From NCBI RefSeq assembly GCF_002964605.1, contig NZ_PQDH01000002.1:541090-605089 (forward strand): a stretch of DNA of 64,000 nucleotides, in the 5' to 3' direction. This stretch comes from Vallitalea okinawensis (lineage in GTDB: Bacteria > Bacillota > Clostridia > Lachnospirales > PQDH01). A model generated the notes under the pieces. The model was not told the DNA's origin and ran no database searches. It was given only the letters and a program-made list of their open reading frames with translations. Each line of letters opens with the position of its first letter. Positions within the stretch are counted from its first letter, which is position 1. The position numbers and the translations under genes are program-made. This document shows positions 47,853-57,833 of this stretch, one piece after another.

Positions 47853-48851
47853 TTGATTCACCCCTATATGATACAATATCTCTTGTGCAGAGGATTATTT
47901 ATAGGGGTGAATTTTTTGGAGAATCTACTCTTTACATACAATATCATTTTAACAATTTTTTTTACTATTGCTCTAACAGGCTATTATATTGTCTATATGA
48001 AAAGTAAAAGAAGAGGATTTTTATTTTTGTCATTACTTTTTTTCCTTATGATCATTGATAATTCCATTATATATATCTCAGAGTTTTCATCGAGTTTTGG
48101 TTCGTTGTATGAAACTAGCGACATTCTCTATATCGTTATTGACTTAATATATTTCGGGATAATAGTAACTATAAGGTTAATCATCTCACACTTATTTCAA
48201 GATCCATTTACGACTAGGGAAAAACAACTCTGTATAGTGGTACCGATTATCTTATTAATATTGAGTATAGTGGCTCCTTTTCAAGTAAGTGAACTTCTGA
48301 TTTATTTATCTTTTTATGCAACACTTTCTTATTTGGCATTGAGACTCTACAGACATATGAACTGTAACACTGAAGAATTTAGCGAAAGACGATCAAAGGC
48401 ATATAGCGTTTTTTTGTTTGTAAGTATTCTATTAAGCTTCCTAGGCATTGTTGAATCAGGCTTTTATTTTATGTCTTATTTAAGTGATCCATACCTAAGC
48501 TCTTCTCCATTGTCATTAGAGTATAGGAGTGTAGCCTTTGATATCATAAAACTATTGATTTTCGTTATTGGAATCAAAAATCTATATAACTGCTTCGAGA
48601 ATCTCTTTGATCAGAAAGATGTCAGTGATAAGAGTACAGATGAGAAACTGAATGAATTTTGTATAAAATATTCTTTGACCAGTAGGCAAAGAGAAATAAT
48701 TGAATTAATCATTGAAGGATATTCGAACAAAGAAATTAGCACCAGTCTACATATTACAGAAGGAACTGTAAAAACACACATATATAATATTTTTAAGAAA
48801 ACTGATATATCGAGTCGAAATCAAATAATGAAAAAAATAATGCAGGATTAA
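47853..48851 (+). CDS. membrane-anchored LuxR-family transcriptional regulator
   Basis: About 6 TM, then the C-terminal LuxR HTH LTSRQREIIELIIEGYSNKEISTSLHITEGTVKTHIYNIFKK. Confidence 0.65.
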   Translation: MIHPYMIQYLLCRGLFIGVNFLENLLFTYNIILTIFFTIALTGYYIVYMKSKRRGFLFLSLLFFLMIIDNSIIYISEFSSSFGSLYETSDILYIVIDLIYFGIIVTIRLIISHLFQDPFTTREKQLCIVVPIILLILSIVAPFQVSELLIYLSFYATLSYLALRLYRHMNCNTEEFSERRSKAYSVFLFVSILLSFLGIVESGFYFMSYLSDPYLSSSPLSLEYRSVAFDIIKLLIFVIGIKNLYNCFENLFDQKDVSDKSTDEKLNEFCIKYSLTSRQREIIELIIEGYSNKEISTSLHITEGTVKTHIYNIFKKTDISSRNQIMKKIMQD

Positions 48852-48892
48852 TAAAACTCATCAGTATAATTAAACCTTTTTCTTAGTAATTT

Positions 48893-48946
48893 CAAGCCCA
48901 GATTAGTTCTAAAAAAATTAGAATTTAATCTAGGCTTTTTTTATAC
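48893..48946 (+). terminator. rho-independent terminator after the LuxR-type gene
   Basis: Imperfect stem AGCCCAGATTAGTTCT / AGAATTTAATCTAGGCT, followed by TTTTTTTAT. Confidence 0.5.
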
Positions 48947-49180
48947 AATTGAACTTCATCCTACAACTATTATCTCAGATTAGCTATTATCAGTGGTTTA
49001 AGCCCCTATCACTTTAGTTATAGCATATCCTTTATAACTTTTTTAAACTATCTTTATCAAAAAATCATACTTTCAACAGATTTTAATGATCGTGAATTTT
49101 TGCTATATTTGACTTAGCTAGATAACATATAATTCATTGGATTAAAAAATCAAAATACTAATTCTAAAGGAGATGAGAGG

Positions 49181-50263
49181 ATGACAAAGACTAGTTATTT
49201 TATAGATGTTATTACAAATGACTACGGTCAATATATAAAAAAACAGTCAAAAGAACGCATTCAAACATTTGATTTTATTAGAGGATTAGCAGTCTTCTTT
49301 ATGGTTATTGTTCATGTATTAATGACTTATGGAACGGATGATGTCAATAGTTCTTTTTTTGGTGGTGTTATAGACTTTTTTGGTGGACCGCCAGCAGCTC
49401 CTGTTTTTATGTTTTCAATGGGTGTATTTTTTATACTTTCCACTCGCTCAAGTAATCTCAAAGCTAGCGTCAAAAGAGGTATTACGCTACTTCTACTAGG
49501 CTATTTACTGAGTTTTTTAAGAACTGACTTACTTTTGTTGATAGAAAACTATCTAACTCAAAAACATTTGACTAGCGTTCAACTCTTTACTCTTTGGGAA
49601 GTAGATATCCTTATATTTGCAGGCTGGGCATATATCCTGATGAGTATCATTAGATTTTACTTTAAAAAACCAATTTGGTGGTTATTTATAGCCATAATGG
49701 TGTTGATTGCTAGTCCATTCTTATGGGGTATATCGTCAGATATTAAGATTGTAGATTGGATTTTTAATTTTCTTTGGGGTAATAGAGAAGAGGTCTACTT
49801 TCCTATATTTGGATGGCTGTTTTATCCATTAATTGGTATGACTTTGGGAGTATTAATGAAAGCTTCTTCTGATATAGAGACTCTATTTAAATCCCTCTTA
49901 AAAGTAGGTTTATCTCTTCTATTTGTTGGTAGTATCATAACTGCTACCAATTTTGATTTTCACATTGGCGATTATTATAGAAGCGGACCAGGTTCAATGA
50001 TTTGGATTATGGGATTTGTTTTCATTTGGTTATGGTTATGCCACAAAACGATTAACAAAATTAGAGACATTAGACTCTTTAATATCATATATTATTGGGG
50101 CAAAAATACTCCTTTAGTATATTTCATTCACTGGTTATTAATTTCATGGGGAACCATCCTATTGGGATATGAAGCATATGGCTATTTAGGTACTGCTCTG
50201 TTAATGGGATTGTTTTTAATAGCGACACACTTATCAACCAAGGTCATTAAAGCAATTACATAA
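49181..50263 (+). CDS. DUF1624 / heparan-alpha-glucosaminide N-acetyltransferase (HGSNAT)-like polytopic membrane protein
   Basis: 360 aa, about 10 TM. N-terminal RIQTFDFIRGLAVFFMVIVHV resembles the conserved start of DUF1624/HGSNAT-like acyltransferases. Confidence 0.5.
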   Translation: MTKTSYFIDVITNDYGQYIKKQSKERIQTFDFIRGLAVFFMVIVHVLMTYGTDDVNSSFFGGVIDFFGGPPAAPVFMFSMGVFFILSTRSSNLKASVKRGITLLLLGYLLSFLRTDLLLLIENYLTQKHLTSVQLFTLWEVDILIFAGWAYILMSIIRFYFKKPIWWLFIAIMVLIASPFLWGISSDIKIVDWIFNFLWGNREEVYFPIFGWLFYPLIGMTLGVLMKASSDIETLFKSLLKVGLSLLFVGSIITATNFDFHIGDYYRSGPGSMIWIMGFVFIWLWLCHKTINKIRDIRLFNIIYYWGKNTPLVYFIHWLLISWGTILLGYEAYGYLGTALLMGLFLIATHLSTKVIKAIT

Positions 50264-50317
50264 CTTTCAGTATTCGTAGATGAATTCACTCTATGCCTAC
50301 TCACATAGTCTATTAAC

Positions 50318-50355
50318 CCAACCTATTTCAGTCAAAGTCTTATGAAATAGGTTGG
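50318..50355. terminator. hairpin between the convergent DUF1624 and ACP-AOS genes
   Basis: 13-bp perfect stem CCAACCTATTTCA / TGAAATAGGTTGG. Weak T-tracts. Confidence 0.45.
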
Positions 50356-50379
50356 TCACTTACCTGCAGTATTTTAATT

Positions 50380-51954
50380 TTATACTACATTTTTTAGTCT
50401 AGTCAATTGATATGTATTTTCTTTAATTAAGTTAAATAAAATATCAATGGCTTGATCAATTTGCTCTGGTCTATGCATACTTGTTAAGCAAAAGCGAAGC
50501 CTTGCTTCCCCCATTGGCACAGCAGGATATATGGCAGGAGGGACAAACACTCCTTTTTGAAGCATTTGATTGGATAATTCACATGCTAACCCCTCATCAC
50601 CAATTATAATTGGAACAATGGCCGACTCCTTAGCTAAACCAGTATCAAAACCTTTATGATGAGCAACCTTTAGAAAGTACTTAATTGACTCATGTAGTTG
50701 TTTAACCAACGTATTATCCTTTCGTATATGTTTGATGGCTTCTAGGGAAGATGCAGCAAGTATAGGGCTAATTCCTGCTGCAAATACAAAGCCTGGAATA
50801 CAATACTTTAAGTAATCAATCAGACTATAACTTCCTGCTATGTATCCCCCACAAGTTCCTACTCCTTTAGACAATGTACCCATTTTAATATCTATATCAT
50901 TTGGCATTAAGCCAAAATATTCATCTACACCATTTCCCCTTTCACCAATAACACAGGAAGAGTGTGCTTCATCTACCATTAAGAAACATTGGTGTTTCTT
51001 TTTTATATAAACAAAATCTTTCACTGGTGCTATATCTCCATCCATTGAATAGACACCTTCAATGACAATCAATACCTTTTCGTAGTACTTTCTATTTTTT
51101 TCTAACAGTAAATCAAGTGTTTTAAAATCATTGTGCGGGAAAGATCTTGCTGTAGCATCTGATAATTTGCATCCTTGAATGATAGAGTTATGAGAAAGTG
51201 AATCATACATAATCAAGTCATTGTCATTACATAAATTCCCAATAACTGTTGTATTTGTTGCATTACCAGACACTAAAACAATTGCATCATCTGCATGCTT
51301 CCAATTTGCAATTTCCCGCTCCAATTCTATGTATAAACTCTTCTCACCTGCAAGAATTCTACTACCACTTGAGGATGTCCCATACTTCTCAGCTGCATCT
51401 TTAGCAGCCTTAACTGTTATCGGATGTCCAGACAAGCCAAGATAATTATATGAACCAAAATTAAGTACTTCTTTACCATTTATAATAGAAGTATCTCTTA
51501 CAACAGAATCATGAGGTATGAAATAAGGAAGTTCTACATCACCTAGAGCTTTCTTTTTCGCAGTTAATTCCATATATTCTCTAGAATTCTCAAATAAGGA
51601 TACAGGGATTATATCTTTTCCTTTATGATGCTCACTATGTAATTCCCTACCATATTTCTTGTAATAGATTTGCTTAGCGATATCTTCTACAGAATATTTA
51701 TTTGTATACTCAATATTATCTAACATTAAATCTAATTCACTCTCAAGTGCCATAACAATTTCTAAACTAGTGAGACTATCGCACAAAAGGTCATTACTAA
51801 AACTTGAACTGGCTGCAATCTCATCCATACCAATACCTAATTTATCCGAGCATATCTTTCTAACTTTCTGTAAGATCTCATCGTAATATAGATTGAATTC
51901 CTCTTTACAATCTTTTATTAAGTTTTGTCTGTTCGCTTTATTTACCATAACCAC
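50380..51954 (-). CDS. acyl-carrier-protein domain fused to an alpha-oxoamine synthase (serine palmitoyltransferase / AONS / KBL family, PLP-dependent)
   Basis: 524 aa. N-terminal about 80-aa ACP-like domain with phosphopantetheine-site motif LLCDSLTSLEIV. The class-II aminotransferase body has VLNFGSYNYLGLSGHP, SGNATNT, DEAHSSCVIGERG and PLP lysine TLSKGVGTCGGY. Confidence 0.8.
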   Translation of the reverse strand: MVMVNKANRQNLIKDCKEEFNLYYDEILQKVRKICSDKLGIGMDEIAASSSFSNDLLCDSLTSLEIVMALESELDLMLDNIEYTNKYSVEDIAKQIYYKKYGRELHSEHHKGKDIIPVSLFENSREYMELTAKKKALGDVELPYFIPHDSVVRDTSIINGKEVLNFGSYNYLGLSGHPITVKAAKDAAEKYGTSSSGSRILAGEKSLYIELEREIANWKHADDAIVLVSGNATNTTVIGNLCNDNDLIMYDSLSHNSIIQGCKLSDATARSFPHNDFKTLDLLLEKNRKYYEKVLIVIEGVYSMDGDIAPVKDFVYIKKKHQCFLMVDEAHSSCVIGERGNGVDEYFGLMPNDIDIKMGTLSKGVGTCGGYIAGSYSLIDYLKYCIPGFVFAAGISPILAASSLEAIKHIRKDNTLVKQLHESIKYFLKVAHHKGFDTGLAKESAIVPIIIGDEGLACELSNQMLQKGVFVPPAIYPAVPMGEARLRFCLTSMHRPEQIDQAIDILFNLIKENTYQLTRLKNVV

Positions 51955-52170
51955 TTAGCTCCTCCCTAAATTATTACGTATAATACTCCCTAATCTTACT
52001 GTTTGTAGCATTACATAAACAAGATTTATTTTCATTATTTACCATTTTACACTTATATTGTATGTTTTGCAACTTCTTTTTTTGCTATTAATTATGAACC
52101 ACTAACATCCTTCTTGCCCATCCTTCACATATAACCTAAAGTAATAACCTTATATTTTGTCACATAGACT

Positions 52171-52525
52171 ATTTATGTTTTCAATGGGTGTATTTTATAT
52201 ACTCTCTTCAAAGTAAAAGAGTCTAAAAGCTGGTTTGGGAGTATTAATGAAAGCTTCTTCTGATATGGACACTCTATTTAACTCCCTCTCAAAAGCAGGT
52301 TTATCTCTTCTATTCGTTGGTAGTATCATAACTGTTACCAGATTGGATTATGGGATTTGTTTTCATTTGGTTATGGTTAAGCCACATGACGATTAAAAAA
52401 GTAAGAGAGAATAGACTCTTTAATTTCATATATTACTAAGGCAAAGAAACGCCAATTTATTTTTCATACACTGACTTTAATTTCATGGGGAACCATCCTA
52501 TTGGGATCTGAAGTTTATGGATCCT
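52171..52525 (+). pseudogene. decayed partial copy of the 3' half of gene 49181..50263 (DUF1624-like), with internal deletions and a frameshift
   Basis: ATGTTTTCAATGGGTGTATTTT at 52171 matches 49407. GGAGTATTAATGAAAGCTTCTTCTGATAT... through ...TTAATTTCATGGGGAACCATCCTATTGGGAT matches 49846-50180 at about 85-90% identity, with a 50-nt deletion. No intact ORF. Confidence 0.6.
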
Positions 52526-52596
52526 CCCATTATCATGGTATCCAATGCTTCGTGGCACACATCTATTTGGTTACTCAATGGCTTGAACCATGCTCT

Positions 52597-52627
52597 AAAA
52601 GAACTATAACATAATAGTTATAGTTCT
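52597..52627 (-). terminator. terminator hairpin after the PHP-domain gene
   Basis: 11-bp perfect stem AGAACTATAAC / GTTATAGTTCT with loop ATAATA. Followed on the minus strand by TTTT. Confidence 0.4.
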
Positions 52628-52702
52628 TTATTAGTGCGTCTTACTTAGCTATGGATGCTGTTCATTACTTATAATTAAGGTGATGTTTATCGTAGTTACA
52701 GG

Positions 52703-53662
52703 TTAAAGAAAGATTGGGTTGGTCCATGCGGTTTTTCCATAGATATCTTTACATTCTATACGGACATATAGCTCACTACCATCTAATTGATGTGTTGCCT
52801 TTGTCAAAGTATTTCCTGCTGCTATCTCCATTTGGGATCTTTTTTTATACGTAATAAAGTTTATGCTTTGAACAGGTGAACACTCAATATATACTTTACC
52901 TTCTATAACGCCATAATCGTATATTTCAGGTCCACATGAAGAATAAAATCTTCCTTCTAAAAGAGCATCTGCGATTGCATCTTGTGTAAGTTCAGGAGCT
53001 TTAACACACACCCAACCCCCAAATGAATCACTTCTTGGGTCTGATTCATCAAACTTATTGTGGTTATCATCTGTAGCAATACCCCATATCTTTCTTCCCT
53101 CTCTCAGTAACATATCCCAAAAAACTGTTCCTCTACCATCATCATCTCCTACTCTTTCACAATTGTAATTATAAATTTCCATGGCAAAAAAACCATCTAA
53201 CTCCGAAATATCATCAAAATCTAATTGAGACCATATAGGATGATTTAGTATTACAAGATTCCCCTTATCTCTCATTTCATCAAAGAAAGCACTTTTAGCC
53301 TCATTGGAGTCTTCTATATCTAATTTTCTAATTCGAGTATTATGTTGCAAAGGGTCCTTTTTTGAATTTTTCTGAAAGGAATCTGACCCCTGTATGGCTT
53401 GATAATGATGTTTTTTCCCTTTATTAAGCATGCTAACACCAACTTCAACTGCAGGCATAACTATAAAATCTTCTGTATCAAATTCCTTAGTACAACTAAA
53501 TAATCCATGATCACTCAGTCCAAGAAAAGAATATCCTCTCTTCTTATACATTTCAACTATCTTAACCGGATCATGCCTACCATCTGATCTTGTTGAATGT
53601 GAATGTAAATTTCCCTTATACCAAGTACCTTCTACTTCAAATGGACATAAATTTGATAGCAT
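52703..53662 (-). CDS. PHP-domain metallohydrolase (CehA/McbA-like)
   Basis: N-terminal GNLHSHSTRSDGRHDP (PHP motif I) and GLSDHG (motif II). Paralogous to 56376..57356, with a shared C-terminus ...GKTAWTNP. Confidence 0.7.
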   Translation of the reverse strand: MLSNLCPFEVEGTWYKGNLHSHSTRSDGRHDPVKIVEMYKKRGYSFLGLSDHGLFSCTKEFDTEDFIVMPAVEVGVSMLNKGKKHHYQAIQGSDSFQKNSKKDPLQHNTRIRKLDIEDSNEAKSAFFDEMRDKGNLVILNHPIWSQLDFDDISELDGFFAMEIYNYNCERVGDDDGRGTVFWDMLLREGRKIWGIATDDNHNKFDESDPRSDSFGGWVCVKAPELTQDAIADALLEGRFYSSCGPEIYDYGVIEGKVYIECSPVQSINFITYKKRSQMEIAAGNTLTKATHQLDGSELYVRIECKDIYGKTAWTNPIFL

Positions 53663-53766
53663 ACGATCATTCCTCTCCCAGTGCGCAATGCACGAACTTT
53701 ATTAGATATTTATCCATTGTTTGAAGAAAAAGAACGATCCTTCGACCGTACTTTTCTTCTGGTTTA

Positions 53767-54894
53767 TTAAAATATATTATTTTCCCAACCAAGCAACTTT
53801 GCTATAGCTTCAATATAAAAGTAGTCTCCATAAATAAGCGAAACATTTACATTTTTATTTTTGACTCTATTTCCTACACCCTCACGAAGTAAGCCTTCAT
53901 ACTCTGGTTGGTCCCATGTTGCATAATGATTAGTAAGTGAATGAATGATCCTTTTTGCAGCTTTTTTATACATCCTTCCTTCTTGCTCTGGAAGATGATT
54001 GGCAATTTCAATTAAGCCTGATGCAGCACATGCTGCAGCAGATGTATCTCTAGGTTCTCCGTCAAAATTAGGAACTCTAAAATCCCAATATGGTACATAA
54101 TCATCAGGTAATGCAGCTAAAAAGAAATGTGCAACTTTTTGAGCTGCTCTTAGGTAACGTACTTCTCCTGTATATTTATATGTATTTGCCATACCATAAA
54201 TTGCCCAAGCTTGACCACGGCTCCAAGCAGAATGAGGATCATAGCCTTGTCCACCCAATGATTCAATAAATTCTCCACTCTCTGCATCAAAACTAGCAAT
54301 GTGGCATACTGAACCATCTTCTCTAATAAAGTTCTTTAATACCGTATCAGCATGAGCTTTTGCAATATGCTTAAAACGAGGGTCACCTATCTCCTCGGCT
54401 GCCCAAAATAGTAACGATATATTCATAGAAGAATCGATAATGGCCCAACCATTTTGATCATTCCATGCGCGCAAATAATTCCCCGCAATATTAAATCGTC
54501 CAGATAAGAAATTTGCAGCTTGGAGACCTCTACGTCTTGCATCTTGATCTCCTGTTATTTTATGTTTGATAACAGCTGTTGGTAGAAATTGAAAACCAAC
54601 ATCATGATGTAATCTGGACTCTTCAATAAAGCATTGCTCTATACGTACATCCCATTCCCAAGCAGCATTATGGTATTCTTTTTTCTTCGTCATATCATAC
54701 ATAATCCATAATATTCCTGGCCAAAAACCGGAAGTCCACCAGTCAACAGGGATATTATCATAAACACCCTCAGCTGAAACATGGGCAGATTTATTTTCTT
54801 TCACCATACGATCTATTTTTACTTGTAAAGCACCCCATAATTCCTGTAGATAACTATCAAATTTTTCAAAGTTATTAAATTCATTCATCATCAT
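53767..54894 (-). CDS. glycoside hydrolase family 88 (unsaturated glucuronyl hydrolase)-like
   Basis: 375 aa. DWWTSGFWPGILW and the overall alpha6/alpha6-barrel UGL pattern. GH105 cannot be excluded. Confidence 0.7.
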   Translation of the reverse strand: MMMNEFNNFEKFDSYLQELWGALQVKIDRMVKENKSAHVSAEGVYDNIPVDWWTSGFWPGILWIMYDMTKKKEYHNAAWEWDVRIEQCFIEESRLHHDVGFQFLPTAVIKHKITGDQDARRRGLQAANFLSGRFNIAGNYLRAWNDQNGWAIIDSSMNISLLFWAAEEIGDPRFKHIAKAHADTVLKNFIREDGSVCHIASFDAESGEFIESLGGQGYDPHSAWSRGQAWAIYGMANTYKYTGEVRYLRAAQKVAHFFLAALPDDYVPYWDFRVPNFDGEPRDTSAAACAASGLIEIANHLPEQEGRMYKKAAKRIIHSLTNHYATWDQPEYEGLLREGVGNRVKNKNVNVSLIYGDYFYIEAIAKLLGWENNIF

Positions 54895-54918
54895 TTTCTC
54901 CTCTTAATAAAATTTATT

Positions 54919-56337
54919 TTATTCAAAATTAACCCAATCACCATGGCTTGCTCCCCATTGCTTACATTTATCATGTAAAGCAATAACTAACTTCTCATAA
55001 TCCTTTTCTTCTGCTATATTAAACATTTCATGTGGATCCATCAATAAATCATATAATTCTTGCTCATTACTGCCATCATAAATGTATTTATAACGCGATG
55101 TAATAATAGCTCGCCGAACATAGCCTAGTGAAGGATTACCGGAATATTGACAAAAAACTTGTCTATCTTCCTCCTTATTTTCATAATCAATAAGATGTTT
55201 TACTGAAGCTCCATCCAAACACTCATCATGGTTAATTTCTAATAGATCAAGCAAAGTAGGCATGACATCCAAATGAGATACAACAGTATTAATCTGTTTA
55301 TGTTGGACATTAGGTATCTTTATAATTAATGGTACTTTAATGGCCTCCTCATACATCTCCATCTTTTGGTACATACTATGCTGTCCTAAATGATCACCAT
55401 GATCAGCTGTAAAAACGATAATAGTATTATTAAGTTCACCTATAGTCTCAAGTGTATCGATCAAGTGCCCTATCTGCTCATCCACAAAGTGAACTAACCC
55501 TAAATGAGCTGCCCAAGCTTTACGCCATTCATCCATGCTTACACTTTCTGCTAGTTGAGCTGCTATACCATCCCTTCTGCTAATAGGTTCTTTTGATGAG
55601 ATTTTACCTACATTATCAGGCAATGTGATTCGCTTAGGATCAAACTTGTATGCATGAGGTTCTGGAACGATAAGTGGTGGATGGGGGGCCCAAAAATAAG
55701 TGAAAAGTGCAAAAGGTTTCTTATGATTTTGCTTTAGAAAATCTATACTTTCTTCGCAGAAATAACAATCACGAAAATCCTTAACATCGTGTGGCCATAC
55801 TGATGTCCTGGAATTAGAATACTTCTTTCTATAGCGCTCTCCTGTATCCTTTTGTTCCCACACTTCTTTCTTATGATCAAGGCTTTGGCTTGAATTAATG
55901 CCTTTTGATTTCAGACCTGACATATGATCTTTTTGAGTAACCCATTTCTTAAAGGATACTCTATCCTTTAGTGATGGTTGGGTACGTATATGATCGACTC
56001 CCACATGAGCCATTTCATATCCTGCTTCATACAAATATTCATGTATTGGCTTATGATTACCAGCTTTTACGCCCTCCCAATCATTATAGACAATACTATT
56101 ATTAGTGGGGTACCTGCTTGTAGCCAATGCCGTCCTAGCTGGCACACAAAGAGGACAGGCATTATATGCTCGATTAAACACAACCCCTTTAGCTGCAAGC
56201 TTATTTAAGTTAGGTGTAACTTCCATTCCATCCTGAATCATACCTATACTATCAGCTCTCTGATGATCCGTCATAATAAACACAACATTAGGTTTTTTCA
56301 ATAATACTTCACTCCTCACAAAACTCGTTATTACCAA
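54919..56337 (-). CDS. formylglycine-dependent sulfatase
   Basis: 472 aa. VVFIMTDHQRADSIG, CxPxR motif in CPLCVPARTAL, FTADHGDHLGQHSMYQK. Confidence 0.85.
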   Translation of the reverse strand: MVITSFVRSEVLLKKPNVVFIMTDHQRADSIGMIQDGMEVTPNLNKLAAKGVVFNRAYNACPLCVPARTALATSRYPTNNSIVYNDWEGVKAGNHKPIHEYLYEAGYEMAHVGVDHIRTQPSLKDRVSFKKWVTQKDHMSGLKSKGINSSQSLDHKKEVWEQKDTGERYRKKYSNSRTSVWPHDVKDFRDCYFCEESIDFLKQNHKKPFALFTYFWAPHPPLIVPEPHAYKFDPKRITLPDNVGKISSKEPISRRDGIAAQLAESVSMDEWRKAWAAHLGLVHFVDEQIGHLIDTLETIGELNNTIIVFTADHGDHLGQHSMYQKMEMYEEAIKVPLIIKIPNVQHKQINTVVSHLDVMPTLLDLLEINHDECLDGASVKHLIDYENKEEDRQVFCQYSGNPSLGYVRRAIITSRYKYIYDGSNEQELYDLLMDPHEMFNIAEEKDYEKLVIALHDKCKQWGASHGDWVNFE

Positions 56338-56375
56338 TTAAGCTACATACAAAAAACTATATAATTTATATTCAT

Positions 56376-57356
56376 TTATTTTTGAAGGATAGGGACTAGA
56401 TTATTTGTCCAGGCTAATTTCCCTTCTGCATCTTCAATTTCAATAAATAAATATTGTGTTTTTCCAATAAACCCTTTACCTTCAACTAAAAAGTCTATCG
56501 GAGCTAAATCAATACTTGAGGAAGTTAGATTGTCGCCCCTTTCTATTTTTAAGAGATCTTTATTTGCATAAAAACGTATGTAACTCACAGATGAACACTC
56601 CATATATATTTCGCCATTAATAATCTCTAAATGTCTTATTTCTGGGCCCATTGAAGCGTAATACCTACCATTTTGAATACTAGAAAATATTTTATTCTTT
56701 GTTGAATCGTCTGCCTGAACTGAAATAAATCCACCTATATGTCTGTCGACTAGCTCAATTGATGGCTTTATATACTTTACTTTTTCCTTAGCATGAAAAT
56801 CATCAGCGGATATAGCTAACAAATTGCATCCTTTTGCAAGTGCATAAGTATAATGGCTCAAAGCTACTCCATTATTTGCCCTTATACAGGAACCATGGTT
56901 ATACACTTCTATACTGGTTAAAGCTGTGAGTTTAAGTATGTCGTCATAATTTATGTAGGATGTGCGTGGATGATTAAGTGTGATAATTGCTTCTTCTATA
57001 GGCTCCAGAAATTCATTAAGTTCTTCATATGAATGAACATGATATTTAAAACCAGCTTCCCCCATAAAGTATCTATACCTTGTCTTTTCATCTTTAAAAA
57101 TGACATTAATGTGTATAGGAAGTTTCCTTTCAGATAAATAAAAAGTTAATTCACAACCACACAGCACAATTAGTTCCATAATTAATGCGTCAAAATTACT
57201 GATAAACCTATTATGGTCTGAGATGGCTAAAAAATCGTACCCTCTGTCTTTATATATTTTAAGAACTTCTTTAGGAGTATATCTACCATCAGAGAACGTT
57301 GTGTGGGTATGTGTTGACCCTTTAAAGAAGGGTTGATTTTTATCCAATATAACCAA
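56376..57356 (-). CDS. PHP-domain metallohydrolase (CehA/McbA-like), paralog of 52703..53662
   Basis: GSTHTHTTFSDGRYTP and AISDHN motifs. Similar C-terminus ...GKLAWTNN. Confidence 0.7.
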   Translation of the reverse strand: MVILDKNQPFFKGSTHTHTTFSDGRYTPKEVLKIYKDRGYDFLAISDHNRFISNFDALIMELIVLCGCELTFYLSERKLPIHINVIFKDEKTRYRYFMGEAGFKYHVHSYEELNEFLEPIEEAIITLNHPRTSYINYDDILKLTALTSIEVYNHGSCIRANNGVALSHYTYALAKGCNLLAISADDFHAKEKVKYIKPSIELVDRHIGGFISVQADDSTKNKIFSSIQNGRYYASMGPEIRHLEIINGEIYMECSSVSYIRFYANKDLLKIERGDNLTSSSIDLAPIDFLVEGKGFIGKTQYLFIEIEDAEGKLAWTNNLVPILQK

Positions 57357-57422
57357 TCTATTCGCCCCTATAATCTAAACTTTGCATTGCACTCTACCGC
57401 TCAATGCTTAACACTATCCCCT

Positions 57423-57737
57423 TTATATATCTAAATTATTGTGAAAGGTTATTCTATTACTGATTGCAAATCGAGTCAGCCCTTGCTTATATTCTTCGAA
57501 ATATTTTTTATTTTTTAATTTTGGATATAGAATGGGATGACTTGATTGAGATGTATTAATAACTATTCTCTCTGATGATACAACATTGAAATATCTAAAT
57601 TCTCGACATGGTTCAAAAATAATTGCTTGAATGTCCTCATAAGTCAAATTTAATGTCTTAACTTCTTTCTTTCCTGCAACAATTAAAACCAGCTCTGTTT
57701 TATCAAGCAGAATACGTCTTCCCTTCATGCCTTCCAC
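57423..57737 (-). CDS. hypothetical protein
   Basis: 104-aa ORF in an operon-like arrangement. No recognisable motifs. Confidence 0.35.
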   Translation of the reverse strand: MEGMKGRRILLDKTELVLIVAGKKEVKTLNLTYEDIQAIIFEPCREFRYFNVVSSERIVINTSQSSHPILYPKLKNKKYFEEYKQGLTRFAISNRITFHNNLDI

Positions 57738-57833
57738 CTCATTTATATATACATAGATTCATAACCTCTATTCAATTTCTAAGTTTCATTATCTTCATTA
57801 CCTCATTCTAAGCTTTTTATTACGGTCTATAAT

